Notes under the pieces: model-generated
What the model saw: only the letters and a program-made list of their open reading frames with translations
Told to the model about the DNA's origin: nothing
Database searches by the model: none
Made by a program: the position numbers and the translations under genes
NCBI GenBank assembly: GCA_025363585.1
Contig: JANYDN010000315.1
Location: 1-61,758 of the forward strand
DNA from: Verrucomicrobiota bacterium
Lineage (GTDB): Bacteria > Verrucomicrobiota > Verrucomicrobiia > Limisphaerales > UBA9464
DNA: 61,758 nucleotides
Direction: 5' to 3'
Shown here: piece after piece, positions 52,288 to 60,948 of the stretch
Position numbering within the stretch: the stretch's first letter is position 1
Layout of the letters: each line of letters begins with the position of its first letter

Positions 52288-53100
52288 ATGGAACAAAAAC
52301 AGGGAACCGGATCCCGCCGCGGGCTCGTGGCCCTCTTCCTTCTCTCGCTGTTCCTCGCGGGATGCACGACGCCGAGGGAAGTGGCTTCGAGGCATCCGTT
52401 CCGCGTGCCGGCCGACACCCTCGCGTTCGCCAACGAGACGGTGTGGAGATACAAAGTCGATCCCATCGCGGGCGTGCAGGAACACGAGCGCAAGAAGATG
52501 CCGCCGCGATACGCGCTGCATTGCTTCGCGATGTCGCGGATCACGAAGGAGTTTTTCCTCCACGCGCGGTTCATTCCCGACGCGCCGCCGCTGGACGGGG
52601 ACTCGTTGCGCCGCCGCATCCGGCAGGTCGTCGTGCGCGGGCCGCGCCACGTGGACGCCGACGAGCTACGCGTGGAGATCCCGGGCTTCGCGGACCTGTG
52701 GGAATTGAGCACGGCCCAACCGGACCTGTTGAAGGCCGAGGCGGGCGGCAGTTGGCGCAGTTATTTCCAGCGCGGGAACTGGCGGATGGTGTTGCCGTTC
52801 ACGGCCGGCCAACGCGGGCGCGAGGCGAGCCGCATCGCCGACGAGCTGGGCCGCGGGAACATCGCGGTGGTCCACCTGTTCACCTTCCCCGCGCTTCGCA
52901 TGAACCACGCCCTCGTGGTCCACGCCGTGCGCGCGACCGACGCCGGCTGGAGCTTCGATGCCTACGACCCCAACGCGCCGGGCGAACCGCTGGTCATCGA
53001 CTACGACGCGCGCACCGCCCACTTTCGCATGCCACCGACGCACTACACCGTGGGAGGCGACGTGGACGCCTACGAGGTCTACCGCGACTGGTTCCATTGA
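52288..53100 (+). CDS. Lipoprotein of unknown function with an ordered Cys...His...Asp motif
   Basis: Lipobox LFLAG|C. Motifs YALHCFAMS, MNHALVVHAV and FDAYDPNAP occur in papain-fold order. Confidence 0.5.
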   Translation: MEQKQGTGSRRGLVALFLLSLFLAGCTTPREVASRHPFRVPADTLAFANETVWRYKVDPIAGVQEHERKKMPPRYALHCFAMSRITKEFFLHARFIPDAPPLDGDSLRRRIRQVVVRGPRHVDADELRVEIPGFADLWELSTAQPDLLKAEAGGSWRSYFQRGNWRMVLPFTAGQRGREASRIADELGRGNIAVVHLFTFPALRMNHALVVHAVRATDAGWSFDAYDPNAPGEPLVIDYDARTAHFRMPPTHYTVGGDVDAYEVYRDWFH

Positions 53101-53397
53101 CCACGGACTGGCTTCATATTGTTTACCATGGAGCACACGGAGCACACGGAGCACACGGAAGCGACGAACTGCTGCTGCTACGGAGATCATGGACCTGGGA
53201 GCCAAGCGGATTCCCTTTTCGTACCCTCCGTCGCACCCAAAGGTCCGGCACCCCAACCCCATCGAGCTCACCCGACTCCACGACCTCTTAATATATCCGC
53301 GAAAACGGGCTCAATCTGTGGCTTCCGCCTTCAGTGATTTCCGTGATTTCCGCGGTTAAAAAAACAATCAACCCCCGCTTCCGTGTGCTCCGTGGTT
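53101..53397. repeat. Family C composite element
   Basis: ccacggac...ggagcacac x3 (about 53130-53157) on the left. cagtgatttccgtgatttccgcgg and ccgtgtgctccgtgg on the right. The internal tccgcgaaaacgggctcaatctgtggcttc is homologous to 39930-39960. Confidence 0.75.
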
Positions 53398-53424
53398 GAG
53401 TCCCCGTGGAGCCCTTCGGTGGCA

Positions 53425-53775
53425 TCAGCGGACGAGCGAGCGGAGGCGCGAGACGCGGCGGTACATCAGTCCGAAGAAGATCGCGCCGCAAAGATTGACC
53501 CCCGTGGTGTAGCCCAGCTTGTAGGTGCGGCCCGTGTTGCGGTCGGCGTAGATCACCGTGTCGTGTCCGACCAACAATCCCGGCCACGTCAACGGCATCG
53601 CGGCGCCGTGCAGCATGCCACGCCCGAACCCAGCCGGTTCCGGCCGCGCGCCGTCCCAGAGCATCGCCGCGGACAACCCGCGCACGATCACCGCCGCGAC
53701 GACCGCCATCACCAGCAGGCGGAGGAGCACGGGTTTCCGGCCCGAAGCCGATGGTGGGACTTGTTCGCGGCGCAT
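53425..53775 (-). CDS. Small hypothetical membrane protein
   Basis: 116 aa, MRREQVPP... with TM LLRLLVMAVVAAVIV and a C-terminal hydrophobic segment GVNLCGAIFFGLMY. High GC3 in this frame. The rest of ORF 53425..54456 is the shadow of the methyltransferase gene. Confidence 0.4.
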   Translation of the reverse strand: MRREQVPPSASGRKPVLLRLLVMAVVAAVIVRGLSAAMLWDGARPEPAGFGRGMLHGAAMPLTWPGLLVGHDTVIYADRNTGRTYKLGYTTGVNLCGAIFFGLMYRRVSRLRSLVR

Positions 53776-53796
53776 CGTTCTGATTTCGTCGCAACG

Positions 53797-54480
53797 ATGT
53801 TTTTGCGGATGCGCGCCACGCAAGCCGAATACTTCGACGCCCCCGACCGGACGCCCGAGGAGGTGCGCGAAAGCTACCGGTGGCTGGGCCGCGTCAACCG
53901 CATCACGCGCTTCGACGGGCCGTTCCGCATGTGGATCCCGCGCCTCATCGGCGACGAGGCCTGCCGCGAACTGACGGTGCTCGACCTCGGCGCGGGCGAC
54001 GGTTCGCTGGGTCGTTCGTTGGCCGCATGGGCCGCGGGTCGCGGTTGGAAATGGACGTTCACCAACGTCGATCTCAACCCGTTGCTCGACGAATTGAATC
54101 CCGGCGGAGACAACGTCCGCGCGTCGGTCGTCGACCTCCCTTTCCCCGACGGGCGCTTCGACGTCGTGATCGCCACCACGATGACCCACCATCTCGACGA
54201 CGAGTCGGACGTCGCCGCGCATTTCCGCGAGGCCCACCGCGTCGCGCGACGCGCGGTTCTCCTGTGCGACCTCCAGCGGAACCCGTTCCTCGCCGCGTGG
54301 CTGTGGATGTTGCTGACGGCGATCCGCGCGCCGCGCGAATTCAAGTCCGACGGAATCATGTCCGTGCGGCGCGGTTGGCGTGCGGACGAGTGGCGGCGTC
54401 TCGCGGCGGACGCGGGGATCCGCGACGCGCGCGTCTGGCAAGAGCACGGCGCCCACGTGTTGCTGGCCGCGGGAAAGTAG
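53797..54480 (+). CDS. Class I SAM-dependent methyltransferase
   Basis: Motif I VLDLGAGDGSLG. Post-I NVDLN. Motif II/III FDVVIATTMTHHL. Confidence 0.75.
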   Translation: MFLRMRATQAEYFDAPDRTPEEVRESYRWLGRVNRITRFDGPFRMWIPRLIGDEACRELTVLDLGAGDGSLGRSLAAWAAGRGWKWTFTNVDLNPLLDELNPGGDNVRASVVDLPFPDGRFDVVIATTMTHHLDDESDVAAHFREAHRVARRAVLLCDLQRNPFLAAWLWMLLTAIRAPREFKSDGIMSVRRGWRADEWRRLAADAGIRDARVWQEHGAHVLLAAGK

Positions 54481-54500
54481 CCAGACTTGGTTTTTATCCT

Positions 54501-55880
54501 CTACGGCGTCGCGCCGATCGCGCTCCGTTTCCGCAACTCCTCGAGAATGGCGGGCGCATTGGCATAGGTGCCGGCCCGGATCTCCGGGACCATGGCGTCC
54601 ATCGCGACGGTGTCGCGTCGGAGACCGGCCGCCATTGGGGTCGCCGGGGGAATTCCCGGCATGCGGAGCAGATCGAATTTCCAGGCGTTGCCGTCCCTGA
54701 CGAATTTCAATCCCGGTCCGCCCACCAACGCGACCGTGGCGGCACGGTCCTCGATGGTGACATTGGCGTCGGACAGTTGCCGGTCGGTGAGAATGTCCGC
54801 CAAGCGGAGGAGAACGCCATCGGCCGCCCCATCGCCGAGACGATCGCGAATCGCTTTCACGAACCTTCCCCGGGCGCGCGTGTTTTCGTCGAGGAGCGGT
54901 TTGAGCGCCTCTTCCGGACCCGGTCGGAAGTAGATCACGGAAACGTAGCGCGCGCCGTCGCCGTCCCGAAGCGCCTCGTTGCGCGCGCGCAGTGCTTCCA
55001 ACGGCGACGCGGGTCCGGCGAACCGGAGGAATGCGACCGCCACCGCGACCGAAACGAGGACCGACGCGACGAACGCCTGCGCATGGGGTCGAAGTCTCCG
55101 CACGATCCGGACGGACGGCGTTGCCGCCGTCGGAAGCGTGCCCGCAAGCCGCGCCATCTCGGCGACGATCGAGGCGTGCAACCCCGCGGGTGCGGCTTGC
55201 AGCGTGAGCCCGGACAAGCCGGCGAGCAGGAGGGCCGCCGAGATTCCAACGCCGCGATTCGCGAAAAACCGATGGAGCTTTTCCGCCGCGCGGGCGACGC
55301 GTTGACGCGCCGCGACTTCACGGATGCCGAGGGCCGCGCCGACTTCCCTGAGCGACTTGCGCTCGAAAAACCTAAGGAGAATGCAGCGCCGATCCGTTTC
55401 GCGCAGCACGGCGAGCGCTTCCGGAAGCAACGGCACGAGCTCCTCCCACGTGGATTGGGATCCATTCTCGCCGGGATTGGTTTCCATTCGTGCGGCCTGC
55501 ATTTCGCGTCGTTCGCGCCGCATCTCGCTCTTCATGGCGTCGGCCGCCGCGAACCGCGCGGTGCGGAACAGCCAACCGGAAAGGATCACGCCGGGCGGCA
55601 ACCCGGCGGCTTTGCGCGCGAGCGTGATGAACACCGTCTGCGCGACGTCCCGCGAGAGCGCGTGGTTCCGTACCCGCGAATACGCGACGCAACAGACGAG
55701 ATCGAGGTGACGGCCGACGATGCTCGAAAACGCCTCCTCGGAATGGCTCCGGACGAATTCCGCCAGCAATGCGGAGTCGTCCACGGGGCCCCCGCCGGCC
55801 CCCACCGGATCGGGTGAGTCCCCGATCGGGGATGCATCGGGCGATTGGATGGATTCCGTCGCGCGCATGGCGGGTCTCAT
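54501..55880 (-). CDS. ECF sigma factor fused to a TM helix and extracytoplasmic C-terminal domain
   Basis: Region 2 HLDLVCCVAYSRVRNHALSRDVAQTVFITLA. Region 4 SLREVGAALGIREVAARQRVARAAEKL. Then hydrophobic helices and about 180 aa of an uncharacterised domain. Its ATG overlaps the upstream gene stop (ATGA). Confidence 0.7.
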   Translation of the reverse strand: MRPAMRATESIQSPDASPIGDSPDPVGAGGGPVDDSALLAEFVRSHSEEAFSSIVGRHLDLVCCVAYSRVRNHALSRDVAQTVFITLARKAAGLPPGVILSGWLFRTARFAAADAMKSEMRRERREMQAARMETNPGENGSQSTWEELVPLLPEALAVLRETDRRCILLRFFERKSLREVGAALGIREVAARQRVARAAEKLHRFFANRGVGISAALLLAGLSGLTLQAAPAGLHASIVAEMARLAGTLPTAATPSVRIVRRLRPHAQAFVASVLVSVAVAVAFLRFAGPASPLEALRARNEALRDGDGARYVSVIYFRPGPEEALKPLLDENTRARGRFVKAIRDRLGDGAADGVLLRLADILTDRQLSDANVTIEDRAATVALVGGPGLKFVRDGNAWKFDLLRMPGIPPATPMAAGLRRDTVAMDAMVPEIRAGTYANAPAILEELRKRSAIGATP

Positions 55881-57745
55881 TCGGAAGCGCGGTAGGCCAT
55901 CGCTTCCACGTCCGACGGGACCTCGACGGTGAAGGTTCCGTCGGGATTCGCGGGCGTTTCCAGTGGGCTCCAGTTCGACATGTCGACGGATTGCTCGATC
56001 TTATATGCGACGCCTTTGGCGCCCCGTAGCGTCAGCGAAAGCTTTTCCGCCGAAACCGATTTGGCCACGGAAATCAACGAGGGTTCCCGGACCGTCAGGA
56101 TTTGGTCGACCGCGACATCGGTGAGCGTTTGGACGATCCCGGACGGCCACTCGATCCGCACTTGGTCAACGCGGGTGGCGTCGCGAAGGCCGAAGTGCGG
56201 ATCGAGGGCGTTCTGGCTGTCGAGCCCGCCACCCCCGGAGATTTCCCGGAGTTGTTGGACGGGCTTGCCGGAAAGGTTCGCCACTACATGGACTTTCGTT
56301 CCGATGGCGGAACGGTTGCTGACGGTGCCTCGGCACTTGAGGGTAAGCCAGTGGTTGGTGTTGCCGGTGTTTTGATAGATGTAAGTCGGGTTCTTGTTGA
56401 TCGAAGCGACATAGAGATCGGGAAAGCCGTCGCTGTTGAAATCGCCCCACGCGGACCCGACCCAGATGGCGGGCTCGTTGACCATGCTACCGGTCGGAAT
56501 GCGTTCGAAAGTACCGTCGCCCTTGTTGTGCAAGAGCACGTTCGTCCCGTTGCGCGTGACGAACAGGTCGAGGTATCCGTCGTTGTCATAGTCCGCGCAC
56601 GAGGCATCGATCGAATTGCCGCCGTCGTTGGGGTACAGGGGGACGTCGGATTTCACGAACACGCCCGCGCGGTTCCAATAAAGGATGTTCGCAGTGCCGC
56701 AGACGAAGAGATCCAGATACCCATCGTTGTCGAAATCGGCCCATAGACATCCGCTGCCGGTGCTGGTCCTCGACACCGGGCCGTTGGTGACGCCGGAGAA
56801 TGTTCCGTTCCCGTTGTTGTGGAAGAGCAGATTGTTGCCACCAAAACGGGCCACCATCAGGTCGGGATATCCGTCGTTGTCGTAGTCGCCCCAGGCGCAG
56901 CCCTGTGAATTGCCGGTTGTCGTGGTCACCCCGTTGGTCGTGACGCGACGGAACTTCCCGTTGCCCTCGTTGTGGTATAGGAAATTGTTCTGGTCGGAAT
57001 TCACGACGTAGAGATCCACGAATCCGTCGCGATCGTAGTCCGCCCACGCGCAGCCGTTGCCGTGCCCGGAGTCCCCGGTCGGTGCTCCGGAGGCGACGGA
57101 TGCGAAGGTGCCGTCGCCACGGCCGAGATAGAGTTTGTCCCCGCCGTTGTTGACCGAGACGAAAAGATCGAGAAAGCCGTCGTTGTCGATGTCCGCCGCC
57201 GCGGATGCCAGCGAACCGAAGCTTCCGGTGACCACCGGTCCCGACGTGACCTTCTTGAAGCCGCCGTTGCCCAGGTTGGTATAGAGGAGATTGGGCGAGC
57301 CTGCCACGTCGACGAAAAGATCCGGCAGCCCGTCGTTGTTGAAATCACCCCAAGAGGCTCCGTTCGCGCCGGTGCCGGTTGACACGATTGGAAACGACGA
57401 AAGCTTTCGAAACGTCGTGTCCACCTCGAGCGTCCAGCCGTTGCTGTCCACGTCGCCATCCGCGTCGCTCACGCGGACCGTGTAGATTCCGCCGTCGGGG
57501 ACGCCGAGGTTGGTGACCGTGATCGAGGCGTGGATCGCGCCGGGAATATCCGTCCCGTTCAAACGCCATTGGAAAACCAGGGGCGGTTGGCGGGTCGACG
57601 CCAAGACCGACGTGGAAGCGGTCGCGCCCAAGCTTGCCGAGGTGGCGGGGTTGGGTTGTTTGGTGATGGTGGGAACGGCTTGGACCGGGACTTGCGGTCC
57701 CATCGCCGCGACCGCGACCGCGCACAAAATGGATTTCGTGGACAT
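55877..57745 (-). CDS. FG-GAP/VCBS repeat protein with ASPIC/UnbV C-terminal domain (CRTAC1-like) and an N-terminal Ig-like domain
   Basis: Signal peptide MSTKSILCAVAVAAMG. Repeated W.D.DNDG.LDL.V motifs about 8 times. UnbV-like NHWLTLKC.G..SNRSAIG..V. Only the C-terminal 622 codons of ORF 55877..59278 are genuine. Confidence 0.8.
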   Translation of the reverse strand: MSTKSILCAVAVAAMGPQVPVQAVPTITKQPNPATSASLGATASTSVLASTRQPPLVFQWRLNGTDIPGAIHASITVTNLGVPDGGIYTVRVSDADGDVDSNGWTLEVDTTFRKLSSFPIVSTGTGANGASWGDFNNDGLPDLFVDVAGSPNLLYTNLGNGGFKKVTSGPVVTGSFGSLASAAADIDNDGFLDLFVSVNNGGDKLYLGRGDGTFASVASGAPTGDSGHGNGCAWADYDRDGFVDLYVVNSDQNNFLYHNEGNGKFRRVTTNGVTTTTGNSQGCAWGDYDNDGYPDLMVARFGGNNLLFHNNGNGTFSGVTNGPVSRTSTGSGCLWADFDNDGYLDLFVCGTANILYWNRAGVFVKSDVPLYPNDGGNSIDASCADYDNDGYLDLFVTRNGTNVLLHNKGDGTFERIPTGSMVNEPAIWVGSAWGDFNSDGFPDLYVASINKNPTYIYQNTGNTNHWLTLKCRGTVSNRSAIGTKVHVVANLSGKPVQQLREISGGGGLDSQNALDPHFGLRDATRVDQVRIEWPSGIVQTLTDVAVDQILTVREPSLISVAKSVSAEKLSLTLRGAKGVAYKIEQSVDMSNWSPLETPANPDGTFTVEVPSDVEAMAYRASE

Positions 57746-57958
57746 GTTTCGGTTCGGGCCCGGCGGATGCACGGGTATCGAACAACGACAAATGGCCGCC
57801 CGGCCGCGAATGGTACAAAATAAGTGAAATGCGCGGCCGAAAGTTGGGCCGGGCGTTGTCGAGGCGGCGTGGGATTGAAGTTCTTCGCCTGGGAAGGGTT
57901 CCGCTCCTCCACCACGCCGCGGGTTGCCGAACGAACGGCCCGCGGTCAGGGTCCCGCC

Positions 57959-59281
57959 ATGATTCCCGGCCGTCGCCTTCCCGCGCTCCTCGCCGCGCTC
58001 TCGTTGTCCGGATCGGCAGCCGCCGCGCCGGATGCCCGGATCCAGACGGCGTTCCGCGCCGAACAGGCATCGCTCACCGAACTCTACCTTCACCTCCACT
58101 CGCACCCGGAGTTGTCGTGGCGCGAGTCCGCGACCGCCGCGCGGATGGCCGCCGAATGGCGCGCGATCGGATGCGAGGTCTCCACCGGCATCGGCACCAA
58201 CGGCGTCGTCGGCGTGCTGAAACGCGGCGATGGTCCCGTCGTCCTGCTGCGCACCGATCTCGACGCGCTTCCCGTGAAGGAGGAGACGGGCGTTTCCTAT
58301 GCGAGCACGGTGCGGACTTCGGACGGCCGCGGTGGCGAGACCTCCGTCATGCACGCCTGCGGGCACGACCTGCACATGACCGCGGTCACCGGAGTCGCGC
58401 GGGTGCTGAAGGCGATTCCCGGTTGGCACGGAACGGTCCTTCTCGTCGGGCAACCGGCGGAGGAAGTCGGATCCGGCGCGCGCGCGATGGTGCGCGACGG
58501 CATCTACCGGCGTTTTGGAAAACCCGATTTCGCGCTCTCGCTCCATTGCCACGCCTCGCTCCCGGCGGGGACCGTCGGCGTCGTCGAGGGCTTCGCGCTC
58601 GCCAACGTCGACACGGTGGACATCCGCATCCGCGGTCTCGGCGGCCACGGCGCGTATCCCGAGGCGACGCGCGATCCCGTGGTGCTCGCGGCGCAGTCGA
58701 TCCTCGCGTTGCAGACGATCCGCAGCCGCGAGATCGCCGCGCGCGACGCCGTGGTGGTGACCGTCGGCTCCGTGCACGGCGGGACCAAACACAACATCAT
58801 CCCCGAGGACGTGGCGCTGCAGTTGACGGTGCGCTCCTACACCGACGAGGTGCGCGACAAGACGCTGGCATCGATCCGCCGGATCGTGCGCGGCCAGGCG
58901 ATCGCCGCGGGCATCCCGGAGGACCGGATGCCGGAAGTCGTGTTGCAGGACAACTTCACGCCGGCGCTTTACAACGACCCGAAGCTCGCGGCGCGATGCC
59001 GCGGCGTGCTGAAGGGCGCGCTGGGCGACGACCGTGTCCTCGACGCGCAACCGGAGATGGGCGGGGAGGACTTCAGCGAATTCGGGCGGACCGCGGAAAA
59101 AGTGCCGCTGTTCGACCTCTGGATCGGCGCGGTGGAACCGGGCAAATACGCGACGGCGAAGGCGGCGGGGCGCGCATTGCCGTCGTTGCACTCGAACCAA
59201 TTCGCGCCCGACCACGGACCCGCGCTGGAGACCGCCGTGACGTCCCTTTCGGCGTGCGTCCTCGAACTGCTGGGCCACTGA
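57959..59281 (+). CDS. M20D-family amidohydrolase (aminoacylase / hippurate hydrolase-like), exported
   Basis: Signal peptide. Motifs LHSHPELS, LRTDLDALP, HACGHD, GQPAEE, HGGTKHNIIP and SLHSNQF. Confidence 0.85.
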   Translation: MIPGRRLPALLAALSLSGSAAAAPDARIQTAFRAEQASLTELYLHLHSHPELSWRESATAARMAAEWRAIGCEVSTGIGTNGVVGVLKRGDGPVVLLRTDLDALPVKEETGVSYASTVRTSDGRGGETSVMHACGHDLHMTAVTGVARVLKAIPGWHGTVLLVGQPAEEVGSGARAMVRDGIYRRFGKPDFALSLHCHASLPAGTVGVVEGFALANVDTVDIRIRGLGGHGAYPEATRDPVVLAAQSILALQTIRSREIAARDAVVVTVGSVHGGTKHNIIPEDVALQLTVRSYTDEVRDKTLASIRRIVRGQAIAAGIPEDRMPEVVLQDNFTPALYNDPKLAARCRGVLKGALGDDRVLDAQPEMGGEDFSEFGRTAEKVPLFDLWIGAVEPGKYATAKAAGRALPSLHSNQFAPDHGPALETAVTSLSACVLELLGH

Positions 59282-59304
59282 AGGAAGCTTGGAACGAGGG
59301 GGTA

Positions 59305-59479
59305 TTTTACCACGGAAATCACTGAATTCACGGAAAGGGGGCAGCTCACTGGATCTTTACCACGGAGCACACGGAATGATGGCAATTTTGCCTGGTTCCA
59401 ATTCCGTGTGGTCCGTGTGCTCCGTGGTCAAAAACCATTGGGGCCCTTTCCGTGAATTCAGTGATTTCCGTGGTAAAAA
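59305..59479. repeat. Family C nested hairpin with perfect 34-bp outer arms
   Basis: ttttaccacggaaatcactgaattcacggaaaggg (59305-59338) is the exact reverse complement of the sequence at 59445-59478. The inner arms accacggagcacacggaat / attccgtgtggtccgtgtgctccgtggt are imperfect. Confidence 0.85.
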
Positions 59480-59549
59480 TCCCCGCGTCCGTGGCCCATT
59501 CCCCGGCTTTCACTTCCTCGTGTTCCGCGGTAGCGTGACCGCGTCTTTC

Positions 59550-59828
59550 ATGAGTTCCGAATCTTCCGGCGCGTTGCGAGCGCAGATCAAATCGCTGCTG
59601 GTCGAGACGCTGATGCTGCAGGTTTCCGCGACGGAGATCGGCGACGAGCGGGCACTGTTCGGACCGGAGGGGCTCGGGCTCGATTCCGTCGACGCCCTCC
59701 AGTTGGTGGTGATGCTCGACAAGCATTTCGGACTGAAGGTCACCGACACCGAGGCCGCGCAGAAAGTGCTGAGGTCCGTCGCGACCATGGCGGACGCGGT
59801 CGAACGCCACCGCACGAACGCGGGTTGA
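59550..59828 (+). CDS. Acyl carrier protein
   Basis: 92 aa. Phosphopantetheine site GLGLDSVDALQL. Four-helix ACP length. Confidence 0.8.
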   Translation: MSSESSGALRAQIKSLLVETLMLQVSATEIGDERALFGPEGLGLDSVDALQLVVMLDKHFGLKVTDTEAAQKVLRSVATMADAVERHRTNAG

Positions 59829-59922
59829 GGCGAACGCGGACGAAGGATCCACTTGTCGTCTTGCCGCGGTCCGCGGTTTTGCAACCGCTGCCACGACGCG
59901 ACCGCTGCCATGTCGCTTCCGT

Positions 59923-60717
59923 CTAATACCCGCCGGCCCCGATGGCGGCGGTGCCGGTCGTGGCCGCCTCTCCTGCCTTCTCGGCGGCCTCGCGACGGCG
60001 GTACTCCTCCATCATCGCGGCCGTCGCCGTGGCGCCGCAACGCGAGGCACCGAGCTCGCGGACCCGGATGAGCCCGTCGAGATCGCGGACGCCACCCGCC
60101 GCCTTCACCTGCACCCGCGGGGACACGGCGGCTCGCATGAGGGCCAGGTCGTGCTCGGTCGCGCCCTTGTAGTTATAGTTTCCGTCGGACTGCTTCACGA
60201 AGCCGTAGCCGCTCGAGGTCTTGACCCAGTCCGCGCCGGCCTTCTCGCACACCGCGCATAGCTTTCGCTTGAACGCGTCGGCGTCGAGACCCGCGCCACC
60301 CTTCGCGAGGTAGTCGTTCTCGAAGATCACCTTCACCTTGGCGCCCCGACGGTGCGCTTCCTCGCACACGACCTTCACGTCGTTCTCGATGAAATCCCAG
60401 TCGCCCGACAGCGCCTTGCCCACGTTGATCACCATGTCGATCTCCGCGGCGCCGTCGCGGCATGCGAGCTCGGTCTCGTAGCGCTTCGATTCGGTCGCGG
60501 AATTGCCGTGCGGGAAACCGATGACCGCGCCGACGAGAACGCCGGTGCCGCGAAGCAGCCCCGCGGCGCGCTTGACCGCATACGGCTTGATGCAGACGGA
60601 CACGGCGCCGTACCTCGCGGCGATGCTGCAGCCTTCCTCGAGCTCCGCATCCGTCATCGTCGGATGCAGGAGGGAGTGGTCGATCATTTTGGCGAGTTCT
60701 TCGTAGGTATATTTCAT
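59923..60717 (-). CDS. deoC: Deoxyribose-phosphate aldolase
   Basis: Start MKYTYEELAKMIDHSLL at 60717. Motifs VCI.P, DMVIN, KVI.E, VKTS.G (Schiff-base Lys) and VKA.GG.R. Confidence 0.85.
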   Translation of the reverse strand: MKYTYEELAKMIDHSLLHPTMTDAELEEGCSIAARYGAVSVCIKPYAVKRAAGLLRGTGVLVGAVIGFPHGNSATESKRYETELACRDGAAEIDMVINVGKALSGDWDFIENDVKVVCEEAHRRGAKVKVIFENDYLAKGGAGLDADAFKRKLCAVCEKAGADWVKTSSGYGFVKQSDGNYNYKGATEHDLALMRAAVSPRVQVKAAGGVRDLDGLIRVRELGASRCGATATAAMMEEYRRREAAEKAGEAATTGTAAIGAGGY

Positions 60718-60948
60718 GGGTGGGTCGGCATTCGGACTCCGTCGGGATGATATTCCGGAGACCCAAATGAAAAGACGTGACCCCGGACAAGTCGCCCGGG
60801 GGCATGGCCACTGTCTACCTACCGGATCGCAAACCGGGGGGCAAGCCGGGGGAATCGCGAGTGGCGAGTGGCGGCGCATCGTGGGGGCCGCCCCGCGTCC
60901 CGTCGGGGAACGGCCCGGCTTTGTTGGATCCGGCCACGGTCGGGCCGC

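Noticed and set aside
57746-59278. N-terminal 511 codons of the 1,133-aa ORF 55877..59278(-).
   Set aside because: This part is antisense to the well-supported M20 amidohydrolase gene and has no motifs. The genuine FG-GAP protein starts at the signal-peptide Met at 57745.
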